55,601 bases of DNA from an uncultured Candidatus Saccharibacteria bacterium (GTDB taxonomy: Bacteria > Patescibacteriota > Doudnabacteria > UBA920): assembly GCA_964477745.1 (NCBI GenBank), contig CAYZEI010000006.1, positions 1 to 55,601 on the forward strand, written 5' to 3'. Position 1 is the stretch's first letter. Every line of letters begins with the position of its first letter. The notes below the pieces were generated by a model. That model was not told where the DNA came from, did not search any database, and saw only the letters and a list, made by a program, of their open reading frames with translations. Below are positions 36,679 through 44,887 of this stretch, piece by piece. The position numbers and the translations under genes were made by a program.

Positions 36679-36909
36679 CTAATTTTGGCTCGGATTTTTT
36701 AGGAAATATAGAATGACTGCAATATTAAGAAATAGCCCTAAAATGACCGCCGGTATGGCTGCGGCCCCGCTATTACCCGAGTTTAGGGTCGCGAGCCACC
36801 AGTATTGCTGTGAGGTTATACTCGCAATAATTTTAATGTTAAAAATCGTATACACTACTACCGCTAAAATTCCGACCCATTTTCTACTAAACAAATCCCT
36901 ATATTGCAT
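36679..36909 (-). CDS. small two-TM membrane protein
   Basis: 76-aa ORF, monocistronic, with its own terminator. The SD-like 'aagga' lies 8 nt upstream. Confidence 0.55.
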   Translation of the reverse strand: MQYRDLFSRKWVGILAVVVYTIFNIKIIASITSQQYWWLATLNSGNSGAAAIPAVILGLFLNIAVILYFLKNPSQN

Positions 36910-37098
36910 GGCTTTATCCTTAGTTGATTAAAGCCGGCGCAGAAACACAAAGCCCCACGCCAGCCGGTCCCTTGCGGAACCCATACCCCTTTCGAGATAT
37001 GACTCGTTGAAAAGTTGCTGGACGTGAGGTCCAGTATTTTCAACGAGTTTTGCGTGCCATGCCCGGGCAGGTTGCTCGGGTTTAGGCATTCAGTTGTA
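36910..37098 (-). promoter_or_regulatory. GC-rich structured 5' leader (candidate cis-regulatory RNA) of the 76-aa gene
   Basis: An 18-bp interrupted hairpin pairs 'actcgttgaaaa..ctggac' with 'gtccag..ttttcaacgagt'. There is also a GCAA-capped hairpin, 'ggttccgcaagggacc'. The putative promoter TTGATA-17-TAAAAT lies at about 37102-37130 on the minus strand. Confidence 0.45.
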
Positions 37099-37752
37099 GC
37101 TCAATTTTACCAAATTCGCGCTTAAATATCAAGGCGCTTTCACGATGACGACCACGTGCAAAAAGGACGCTTGGCAGACACGGCGAATCCTAGAATCTGT
37201 TATTCAAAAATTCAGATTACCCCAGTACCTTATATTCAGAAACAAGAAAAACAAAAAGCAGACAGTAAACAGAGAGGATGGCACCGTGCCGACACTTTGC
37301 AGGCACATCTGCGACACATTGTCGCACTATTTACCACAAAATACCCCTGTTTTTAGGACATTTCAGCATTTTCAAAATGACGGGTACAACAAGAAACAAT
37401 TTAAGAATAAAAGGATGATATATAAATTACCCTTATTTCAGCTCCTTGCCACTACAACATTTCAGCGCCCTGAAGGATTATGGACAAATTACACCAGAGC
37501 ACGTAAAACCTTAACTTGTATTGACTTATCAACTTTACGAAATTAACATTTGGTTATACAATTTTAGTATCTCACATGCGCAATAACAGGCAGGCTTGGG
37601 TCAGAGTCTACTTTGTTGTTGTGTTTTATTTTAAGATATTTTATGAACCCTTCCTAGAATAGGCCAGCATAGCCAACACTCATAGATTCTGGAAAGCCAG
37701 AATTTCCCGTTTGGTCTTAACTTAACAGCCAGACGGAGCTGAAGATTTTGCG

Positions 37753-38007
37753 GTGAAACCAGCCCGCGTCAGTCAAAAATTGAAAACTAAAAAACTTAAC
37801 ACCCAATCTTCCGGCTTCAATTCGACCGAAGTTGAACCCGAGTTGTTAAAAGATTCGATCTCCGATAAAAGAATAAGCGAGTATAGGCAAATACTAAAAG
37901 ATAATCATAGCTCTGACGAACAGGTTAAAAAACGCTTAAGCTACCTTGAATCCCTATGCCACAATATTATAAGGCTTGAAATAATAAATTATCAAAATAA
38001 AAAATGA
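37753..38007 (+). CDS. small hypothetical protein upstream of the recombinase
   Basis: 84-aa ORF with a GTG start. Its stop overlaps the recombinase ATG (ATGA). Confidence 0.4.
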   Translation: MKPARVSQKLKTKKLNTQSSGFNSTEVEPELLKDSISDKRISEYRQILKDNHSSDEQVKKRLSYLESLCHNIIRLEIINYQNKK

Positions 38008-39620
38008 GTAAAGCAAGGAAAATAAGAATTATAAATGAAAATTACCCCTACACAAAAGCAATAATATATTGCCGTGTTTCTTCAGAGCGCCAAGTAAACG
38101 ACGGACATGGCTTAGATGGCCAAGGAGTTAGGTGCCATCAAAGAGCTGAATCACAAGGTCTTGAGGTGGTTAAGGTATTCCGTGAAGAAGGTGTGTCTGG
38201 AAAACTGTTTGACCGTCCGGCAATGGCGGAGCTTATAGGGTATTTAGACAATCATGCAAAAGATAGGTTTGTCATTATCTTCGACGACTTAAAACGCTTT
38301 GCGAGAGATTTGGAAGTTCATTTAAAATTGAAAGCGGAGTTAGTTACTAAACGAGGGGCAAAATTGGATTGTCTTAATTTCAATTTTGAAAACAGCCCGG
38401 TTGGTCGGGCAATAGAAAATATTATGGCGGCTACTGCACAATTAGAGCGCGAACAAAATGCAGAGCAAGTTATAAATAAAATGAAAGCACGATTAGAAAA
38501 AGGCTATTGGGCTTTTGGCCGCAGAAAAGGTTATGACATGGTTAAGAATCCTGTTCATGGTATGCTTTCTGTCCCAAACAAAGACGGACAAATATTAAAG
38601 GAAGCTTTAGAAGGTTTTGCAGCAGGGATTTATATCCGCAAAATTGATGTTTGCCGTTTTCTTTTACAGAAGCATTTTTGGAAGACACAAAAAGCCGAAA
38701 AATATATTGATAAAATAACCGATATAATGCGCGATCCTTTTTACGCTGGTCATATTGAATATTCTGCTTGGGAAGTCTCGCGCCGCAAAGGACATCATCA
38801 AGGTATTATTTCCCTTGAGACTTTTGATCTAATACAAAAACGCTTGCGTAAAGTTGACCTAAACCAGCGCATACGTCTTGATACATCGCCAGACTTCCCG
38901 TTGCGTGGAGTAATAATCCACGATGAGTGTAAAGGGCACCTTACGAGCGCCTGGTATCCCAATGGTAAGGGTAAGAAATACCGCAAATATGTTTGCCATA
39001 CTAAGGGTTGCCCAAGCTATAATAAACCTTTCTCCGCAGATGAAATGGAAAGCAAATTTGCAGAGGTTCTGAAAAAGGGAGCTGTAAAAAAGGAAACTGA
39101 TTTGATTTTAAAAAAAATATTTGATCAGGTTTGGGAAGATGAGGTGGCAAAAATAAAGGAGTCGGAGCAAAATTCAGAGCAACAAAAAAGAGCCCTTGAG
39201 AAAAGGCTCTCTGACCTTACAGATTTAATGCTAGCAGCTAAGTCCCCGGCGCTGAAGCGTAATTATGAAAAACAGTCAGTGAAAGCGGCTAGCGAAATTG
39301 AGACAATAGAGGGAAAATCAACGAATGGGATCGACCTAACTATCCCTTATCAAACCGCGTTAGAAAAGGCCACTATGTTGCTAAAAATGCCCTACATTGC
39401 TTGGAAAAAGCTCAATGTCCACGAACAGCACGCCTTGTTTTTTTTCTTTTTTCAGGAAAAACTTCCTTACTCTATAAAAGAGGGTTATCAAACCCATCAA
39501 ATTCCTTATGCTGCAAGGCTATTTGAAGATTTTGTAACCCAAAATACCCAATTGGTGGAGATGCCGGGAGTTAAACCCGGGTCCAAAACTAATTCACTTC
39601 CCAATTATTCACAAGATTAG
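38004..39620 (+). CDS. large serine recombinase
   Basis: The N-terminal resolvase catalytic motif is 'AIIYCRVSSERQVNDGHGLDGQ'. A recombinase domain, a Cys-rich zinc-ribbon region ('CKGHLTS...CHTKGC') and a coiled-coil C-terminus follow. 538 aa. Confidence 0.9.
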   Translation: MSKARKIRIINENYPYTKAIIYCRVSSERQVNDGHGLDGQGVRCHQRAESQGLEVVKVFREEGVSGKLFDRPAMAELIGYLDNHAKDRFVIIFDDLKRFARDLEVHLKLKAELVTKRGAKLDCLNFNFENSPVGRAIENIMAATAQLEREQNAEQVINKMKARLEKGYWAFGRRKGYDMVKNPVHGMLSVPNKDGQILKEALEGFAAGIYIRKIDVCRFLLQKHFWKTQKAEKYIDKITDIMRDPFYAGHIEYSAWEVSRRKGHHQGIISLETFDLIQKRLRKVDLNQRIRLDTSPDFPLRGVIIHDECKGHLTSAWYPNGKGKKYRKYVCHTKGCPSYNKPFSADEMESKFAEVLKKGAVKKETDLILKKIFDQVWEDEVAKIKESEQNSEQQKRALEKRLSDLTDLMLAAKSPALKRNYEKQSVKAASEIETIEGKSTNGIDLTIPYQTALEKATMLLKMPYIAWKKLNVHEQHALFFFFFQEKLPYSIKEGYQTHQIPYAARLFEDFVTQNTQLVEMPGVKPGSKTNSLPNYSQD

Positions 39621-40218
39621 CTAAGTTTAATACCTCTATGACAATAACTTAGCAAATAGTCATAAAGGGTAATTTACGTGTCTTAAGTTTGCGGGTGCAA
39701 ATCAAATCCGCAAACAGCAGTCCTGTATGAACCCGGGTGTCTAAAGTCAGGACGAACTTAAGGCCGGGATCTTAACTTAATAAATTAAGCTAAGACTGGT
39801 TGCAAGTCGGCGTTTTGAAACGCGGCTACAACTTTATTCCATGCGTTAGCATTTGTTTGTGTCCGAGGGATTTACGAGGCTTCAGACTGGCTCGTCTTGC
39901 ATATTAGAAAATGTCAAAGTCCTGTCAAAATCCGTCATCCCCAGTAGAATCACCTTGCAATTGTTCGCTGGTTTTCACCAACAATATTATCACAAGGAAA
40001 TGGATACCAAGAGATGGCCAATAGATTTAAATGCATATACACAGCTCACACTGTTGGTTTGCAAGGTAGCTCTACTGGGCATCCCCGTGGGCTCTATAAT
40101 ACCATAAAATTAGCCTTTTATCAATGCTCTAAGTTGGCTACTTATTATAAGTATAGGCAACAAATGGATCATATCTACATTATGATTCATTCCTTTGCCC
40201 ATTTTTGTTCGATTGATA

Positions 40219-41142
40219 TCATTTAGAAAGGTTTCCCGTTCTTCCATACATTCTCATGTATCTTTGTAATAACGTTTCGCTACCTATTTGCCTAGCCATT
40301 CGCATTATTTTTTCGCTGTGACATGATCTACAGACAGTTTTTAAATTACTTAAGCCATTACTCTTTCCATTTATGTGCTGAACAAAAAGATCCCTGCCAA
40401 ACTTCTCGTAGCTTTCTTCTTGAGTAAGCCCACAATTAGTGCATTTAAAGGCATCCCTTTCTAAAGCTTTTTGTCGATTACCATCAAAATTTAAATGGTC
40501 ATTTGCCTTTCTAAATCTTTCTTTGACTTCTGGCCGAGTTTTATATTCCTCCATATATTCTTTCATTTTTTTCTTCCTATCATCAATGTGCTTTAAAAAA
40601 GAAGTTCGTTGTACTTGTTTAAAATATGGGGATTTAGTATAACATCTCATACAATACCCTCTTATTTTGTGAGGTATGGAGCTAGTTTCACACATCTTGC
40701 ATTCCTCATAGTCTCTAGCCCATCTTTTTTCTTTTCCCATGTTAATTTTCTCAACAATTTCAGGGAAGTATTTTTTTAATAAAACTGAATCAACTCCTAT
40801 GGCTCTTGCGTAAGTACTTACACCAAAGAATTCGGAAGGATCTTGCAATACACTATTCTCCCTTATTTTAATTTCAATACATTCTTTCTCATTTTTAGAT
40901 CTCTGAATATATCTATCGAGTGCGATTTGTTTTATTTCTTCATGAGCTGCAATTTTTAACATTTTCCTGTCTTCTTGACTTAGATAGTAAGTAATATTCA
41001 AACTTGCCTTAATTTCGTTTTCCATTTGATTTACAACGATTTGTTGGATTCTGGATCTTGTAACTTTAAAAACCTTAGAAATTTCTTCCAAAGTTTTTCC
41101 ATTCTTATATAAATTTAAAATCTCCTCATTCCTATTAGACAT
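40219..41142 (-). CDS. HTH / zinc-ribbon / HNH endonuclease protein
   Basis: The N-terminal sigma-r4/LuxR-like HTH is 'GKTLEEISKVFKVTRSRIQQIV'. The zinc ribbon is 'CKMCE...CMRCY'. The C-terminal HNH is 'CTNCG...FVQHINGKSNGLSNLKTVCRSCHSEK'. Confidence 0.8.
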   Translation of the reverse strand: MSNRNEEILNLYKNGKTLEEISKVFKVTRSRIQQIVVNQMENEIKASLNITYYLSQEDRKMLKIAAHEEIKQIALDRYIQRSKNEKECIEIKIRENSVLQDPSEFFGVSTYARAIGVDSVLLKKYFPEIVEKINMGKEKRWARDYEECKMCETSSIPHKIRGYCMRCYTKSPYFKQVQRTSFLKHIDDRKKKMKEYMEEYKTRPEVKERFRKANDHLNFDGNRQKALERDAFKCTNCGLTQEESYEKFGRDLFVQHINGKSNGLSNLKTVCRSCHSEKIMRMARQIGSETLLQRYMRMYGRTGNLSK

Positions 41143-42022
41143 TTAGGTTATTTCTAATCTTGTATACTTCTAACAAACGGTCATCTTTTAAAGCATTTAC
41201 CATCTCTGCTAGATTTGTTATTTTATTGGCGGGCACTAATCTTCTGAATCTATTTCTAGTCTCAACATTCGATTTAAAGAGCACTAGGACCTTACTAACA
41301 AAATCAGCCCAAATCTTAGGTAACTTATTGTTCAATTCAATTTCTGGAACAAATAAATCTTCTTGGGTCAAAGCGGATACAAGCTGGGAAATATTATTCA
41401 AATATTCTCCCTTAGCAGTGGCACGGATGTTTTTAATATCTTTAATTTTGTTTAATTTGAGCAATTGAAAAATACTATTGTAGAAATCCACAAAAGCTTT
41501 TGAATAAGGTTCCATTTCTTTTAATTTCTGAGTCCGGGTATTTTTTATGCCTATTTTCTTGCTTTTTATGCCAATAATTTTTGACTTTATAACTCTAAGT
41601 GATTGATTTGAATTTAATAAAACCAATAATTCAGGATACTCCTTATTGGATAATTTAAATTTTGGATTTTCTAATAAAGGCAAAGCTTCTCTAAACAAGG
41701 AGTAAGAGATTAGCTTGGAGAATTGTCCTTTTATCTGGTTTTTACTTTCAAAGTATTTTTTAATCCTAAGACAATAACTTAAGAAGTCTCGTGTAATATA
41801 ACTCTTTTTAAGTCCTTCTGCTTTGCCATAAATCTGCCAATATAATTTATGCGGCTTATCGTCATGCTCTTTTAAATAATCTTCTAATTTCTTTCCAACT
41901 TCCCACATAATTTCTAAAACGCTGGCACCGCTTGCCCCACTATCAACAAGATCTCTGTACTTGTTATTGAGAGGCGTTATTTGTTCAATTAAATTTAAAA
42001 TGTTAATTTCGTTGTCTTTCAT
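41135..42022 (-). CDS. helical protein of unknown function
   Basis: 295-aa ORF with an 8-nt overlap downstream and a 20-nt overlap upstream. The N-terminus 'EIMWEVGKKL...YGKAEGLKKSYITRDFLSYCLRIKKYF' is only vaguely like the YhcG/DUF1016 N-domain. Confidence 0.65.
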   Translation of the reverse strand: MKDNEINILNLIEQITPLNNKYRDLVDSGASGASVLEIMWEVGKKLEDYLKEHDDKPHKLYWQIYGKAEGLKKSYITRDFLSYCLRIKKYFESKNQIKGQFSKLISYSLFREALPLLENPKFKLSNKEYPELLVLLNSNQSLRVIKSKIIGIKSKKIGIKNTRTQKLKEMEPYSKAFVDFYNSIFQLLKLNKIKDIKNIRATAKGEYLNNISQLVSALTQEDLFVPEIELNNKLPKIWADFVSKVLVLFKSNVETRNRFRRLVPANKITNLAEMVNALKDDRLLEVYKIRNNLNV

Positions 42023-43739
42023 AAGAGTTTATGTCCTTATTTTCAGTTTGACTTTCCAGACTGTTAAGGTTTTTATTTACCCACGGTTGTAGTACCGATT
42101 CTAAAAGATATTCACTATCCGTCAAATCATCAAATAGATCAGTTCTGCTGTTTAATATGGATTGGACTTCGGGCTGCTTTCCTCGCTTGTCAAAAAATTT
42201 ATCTTTAAACCTAATGGCCATTTGAGAAGCTAAGTAAGAAACAAGACGATAGGTAAGTATACGTTCTCCATATCGGTTTACGTGGGCACGTTCCTGAAAG
42301 TCAGGGTGAGTGCTATAGATTACGATCCCTTCGCCCTCGATAAATTGCGACCTTAATGAGGTGCCATCCGCCTTCTTTTGTTCTCTGTCTGAAAATTTTA
42401 CTGGAAAACCACTCTTCTTCTTTTCTTGGCCTTTAAGATCTGTATCGTCATCAGTTTTAATAACAGGAACATCATCGGTTTTGTCTGTTTCTGTTTCATT
42501 ATTTCCGAAGCCTCCGCCCGATTTTTTCTCAAAAAGTAAATCGGAAATATCTGACTCGGACACATTAATATCATCTCCCTGAGTGAGCTCGGTTTTAAAC
42601 TTCAAATTGTATTGGCGAGCGAGTTTTGCTAAAGCCGCTGATAGAATATCCTCTAGTTTACCCATTCCAGTATCAGCAGATTTTTTATTGATTTGGACTA
42701 ACTCTTCGAAAATTTCATCTTCAAAAGACAAAATTTTATCATAAACCATGCTTCTATTTTCCGATCTCTGGAAGTCGTCTCTCGGTAAAGTTGGACTTAT
42801 TAAACCCGCTATATCAATATAGCCAGTCAAATTAGAATGACCCCATAATTGCGAACCATATTTTGACTTATTTCTAAAAGACTTAATACTCTGTATTTCT
42901 TCAATTCTCCGGCCTTTGTTAACAAATATTGGCCTCTTACTCGGTATAATGTCCTCGGTAATCTTTAAATACACTTTTAATGGTAAATCTAATTTTGTAT
43001 TCGTAGTTACCCCTCTTCTCGTACTTGCCAATTCATTAATCTCTTTCTGAACTTTTTTACCAAGAAAATTATCATAATTAAAAGGCTGGCAAATTTCTTC
43101 TTCATTTCCAAAAATAACTTTTATTTCTAAATCTTGCCTAGCTAGGAGTTGTTCAAAATGTTTTTCTATTTCTTCCTTTAGAACTTGTGGATCCACTTCA
43201 TTCCACCAATCCTTTTTAAAACCGCTTATGGTGACTAAGGTTCCTGACTCAAAAGGAAATTTATTTTTAGATAACCTTTTCTCATCTTCTACATCCAAGG
43301 TATTGCTAAAAAGTTCAATATACAAACAATGGTCCATTTCTTTCTGAACCGTGGTAATAGACATCTTATCAGCGCAAGCCATATAAGCGTGAGCGCCGAA
43401 ACCAAACTGACCGTTTAACCAAGAAACGGTCTTTTTATTTGACTTCCCTATACTAGTTACGATAGCCAGGAGTCCATCTTTCCATACACCTTCTTTGGTT
43501 TTTATACCCTTACTCATACCTACACAGTTGTCTGCAAAAGAAACCGTCTTATTTTTAGGATCGATTGTGACTGAAATCTTTATAGGATAAGGATATTTGC
43601 CATATTGATTATAAAGGGTCTCGGCACTATCAAGAGAGTTGTCAATATACTCCATAAATATTCGCATACTGTGTTGGTATATATTGGCTACTTGATTTAG
43701 AAATTCGTTTGTGTCGGCTATAGTTTTTTTATATGGCAT
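42003..43739 (-). CDS. GHKL-superfamily (HATPase_c_3 / MORC-like) ATPase
   Basis: The Bergerat-fold motifs are the N-box 'MEYIDNSLDS', G1 'FADNCVGMS' and G2 'GQFGFGAHAY'. The Met at 43739 is preferred because it removes the overlap with the 76-aa ORF. Confidence 0.8.
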   Translation of the reverse strand: MPYKKTIADTNEFLNQVANIYQHSMRIFMEYIDNSLDSAETLYNQYGKYPYPIKISVTIDPKNKTVSFADNCVGMSKGIKTKEGVWKDGLLAIVTSIGKSNKKTVSWLNGQFGFGAHAYMACADKMSITTVQKEMDHCLYIELFSNTLDVEDEKRLSKNKFPFESGTLVTISGFKKDWWNEVDPQVLKEEIEKHFEQLLARQDLEIKVIFGNEEEICQPFNYDNFLGKKVQKEINELASTRRGVTTNTKLDLPLKVYLKITEDIIPSKRPIFVNKGRRIEEIQSIKSFRNKSKYGSQLWGHSNLTGYIDIAGLISPTLPRDDFQRSENRSMVYDKILSFEDEIFEELVQINKKSADTGMGKLEDILSAALAKLARQYNLKFKTELTQGDDINVSESDISDLLFEKKSGGGFGNNETETDKTDDVPVIKTDDDTDLKGQEKKKSGFPVKFSDREQKKADGTSLRSQFIEGEGIVIYSTHPDFQERAHVNRYGERILTYRLVSYLASQMAIRFKDKFFDKRGKQPEVQSILNSRTDLFDDLTDSEYLLESVLQPWVNKNLNSLESQTENKDINSYERQRN

Positions 43740-43743
43740 AGAT

Positions 43744-43974
43744 TTAAAATGTGAAATGCTTGTGCTTTTTAGGATAGTGGAATTTGGACTTGGTCTCTTT
43801 GACGGACCGTTCAATCTCCGCGAACATCTTATTTACTTCTTCTTCATTGTACTCGTAAGCACTTCTATTTGAGCAATTACTGAGCACTTTTAATTTTTTT
43901 AGAACTTCATTTGTTCTATATGCTCCTAACCGTTTAAAACGTTCTCTTTTGTTGTCTGAAATTTCTTTTGTCAT
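43744..43974 (-). CDS. small basic protein, first gene of the GHKL/HNH operon
   Basis: 76-aa ORF that ends 4 nt before the ATPase start. Confidence 0.5.
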   Translation of the reverse strand: MTKEISDNKRERFKRLGAYRTNEVLKKLKVLSNCSNRSAYEYNEEEVNKMFAEIERSVKETKSKFHYPKKHKHFTF

Positions 43975-44093
43975 AGATTTGCAATTTTATAATAGTAAGT
44001 ATATAATTCTAATGTAAGGATATATCATATTTATACCATTGTCAAGATCCTTATATATGTATATAATCTAATAATAAAATAAGCTTCTAACAA
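43975..44093. promoter_or_regulatory. divergent control region between the two candidate defence modules
   Basis: Two direct copies of 'gtatataat(t)ctaat', each containing TATAAT, lie at 43999-44013 and 44059-44072. They flank the inverted repeat 'taaggat'/'atcctta'. Confidence 0.5.
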
Positions 44094-44882
44094 ATGTACA
44101 ATTTACTCCCCACCCTAAGTCCACAGGACCAGTATCTTCAAGGGATTCTTTCTAAATATAAAGCGGTTCACCCACTTTTAAATCCCCAATTAAATTTAGC
44201 CCAACAGCAAGTAGTTTCTCATATAAAAAATTGGTCGGGAAACCAACTCAGTTCGATAATACTATCGGGGTCCAACGCAAAAGGAACAGCATTGGTAACG
44301 TCTGCTGATGTTGATTTATTTATTTCTTTAAAACCTACTACCGTTGAAAATCTAAGAGAGCTTTATAATAAGCTTGATACAAGGCTTAAAGATTTAGGCT
44401 ATTCAACCTTGCGTCAAAACGTGTCGATTGGCATATATCATAATCACTATAAATTTGACCTTGTGCCAGCAAAGCTACAGCCAGGCCTTACTTCAAACCA
44501 CTCGATATACAAAAGAAAGCAGGATTCTTGGCAACAAACAAATATACATAAACACATTTCGGTAGTGAAAAATTCAGGTAGAATTAATGAAATATTGTTG
44601 GCGAAAAGATGGAGAGAAATTCACAACTTCGAATTTCCATCATTATATGTGGAATTGACCGCCATAGACGCATTAACCGGCTTCAGGATTGGTGATGTGG
44701 CAAATAACTTTTGGCGGTTATTAACTTATTTATCAAATAAATTCATTAGTTCTAGGGTAATCGACCCTGGAAATACAAATAATGCGATCTCAGACGATTT
44801 AACTCTGCAGGAAAAACTCCTAATTTCAAATCAAGCAAAAGCAGACTTACAAAAACAACATTGGGAAAAAATAATTTGGTAA
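44094..44882 (+). CDS. pol-beta superfamily nucleotidyltransferase (SMODS / CD-NTase-like)
   Basis: 'LSGSNAKGTALVTSADVDLF' gives the GS...DxD motif, with the third acidic residue in 'KFDLVPA'. The C-terminal half is helical. 262 aa. Confidence 0.75.
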   Translation: MYNLLPTLSPQDQYLQGILSKYKAVHPLLNPQLNLAQQQVVSHIKNWSGNQLSSIILSGSNAKGTALVTSADVDLFISLKPTTVENLRELYNKLDTRLKDLGYSTLRQNVSIGIYHNHYKFDLVPAKLQPGLTSNHSIYKRKQDSWQQTNIHKHISVVKNSGRINEILLAKRWREIHNFEFPSLYVELTAIDALTGFRIGDVANNFWRLLTYLSNKFISSRVIDPGNTNNAISDDLTLQEKLLISNQAKADLQKQHWEKIIW

Positions 44883-44887
44883 CAAAT

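Noticed and set aside
36940-37000. 'GGGUUCCG' and 'GGAUAAAGCC' in the 76-aa gene leader resemble guanidine-I (ykkC) conserved blocks.
   Set aside because: The other invariant blocks (GGUCCGAGAG, CCCGGGAGA) are missing and the order does not fit. The downstream gene is not an SMR/Gdx-type transporter.
37145-37546. 133-aa and 66-aa ORFs in the recombinase upstream region.
   Set aside because: The composition is not protein-like (K/N/T/Q/R-rich, with no hydrophobic core periodicity). There are no start signals. I treated the region as non-coding.
39555-39585. A tRNA T-arm-like hairpin, 'gccgggagttaaacccgggt', at the 3' end of the recombinase gene, considered as a possible integration into a tRNA gene.
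   Set aside because: The loop lacks the TTCRA consensus. No acceptor, D or anticodon arms can be built around it. It lies inside the ORF.
39700-39800. Fragments resembling SRP RNA or RNase P RNA ('aaagtcaggacg', 'gccgggat').
   Set aside because: Only short word matches are present. The conserved GGAA-capped helix 8 and the P4 elements are absent.
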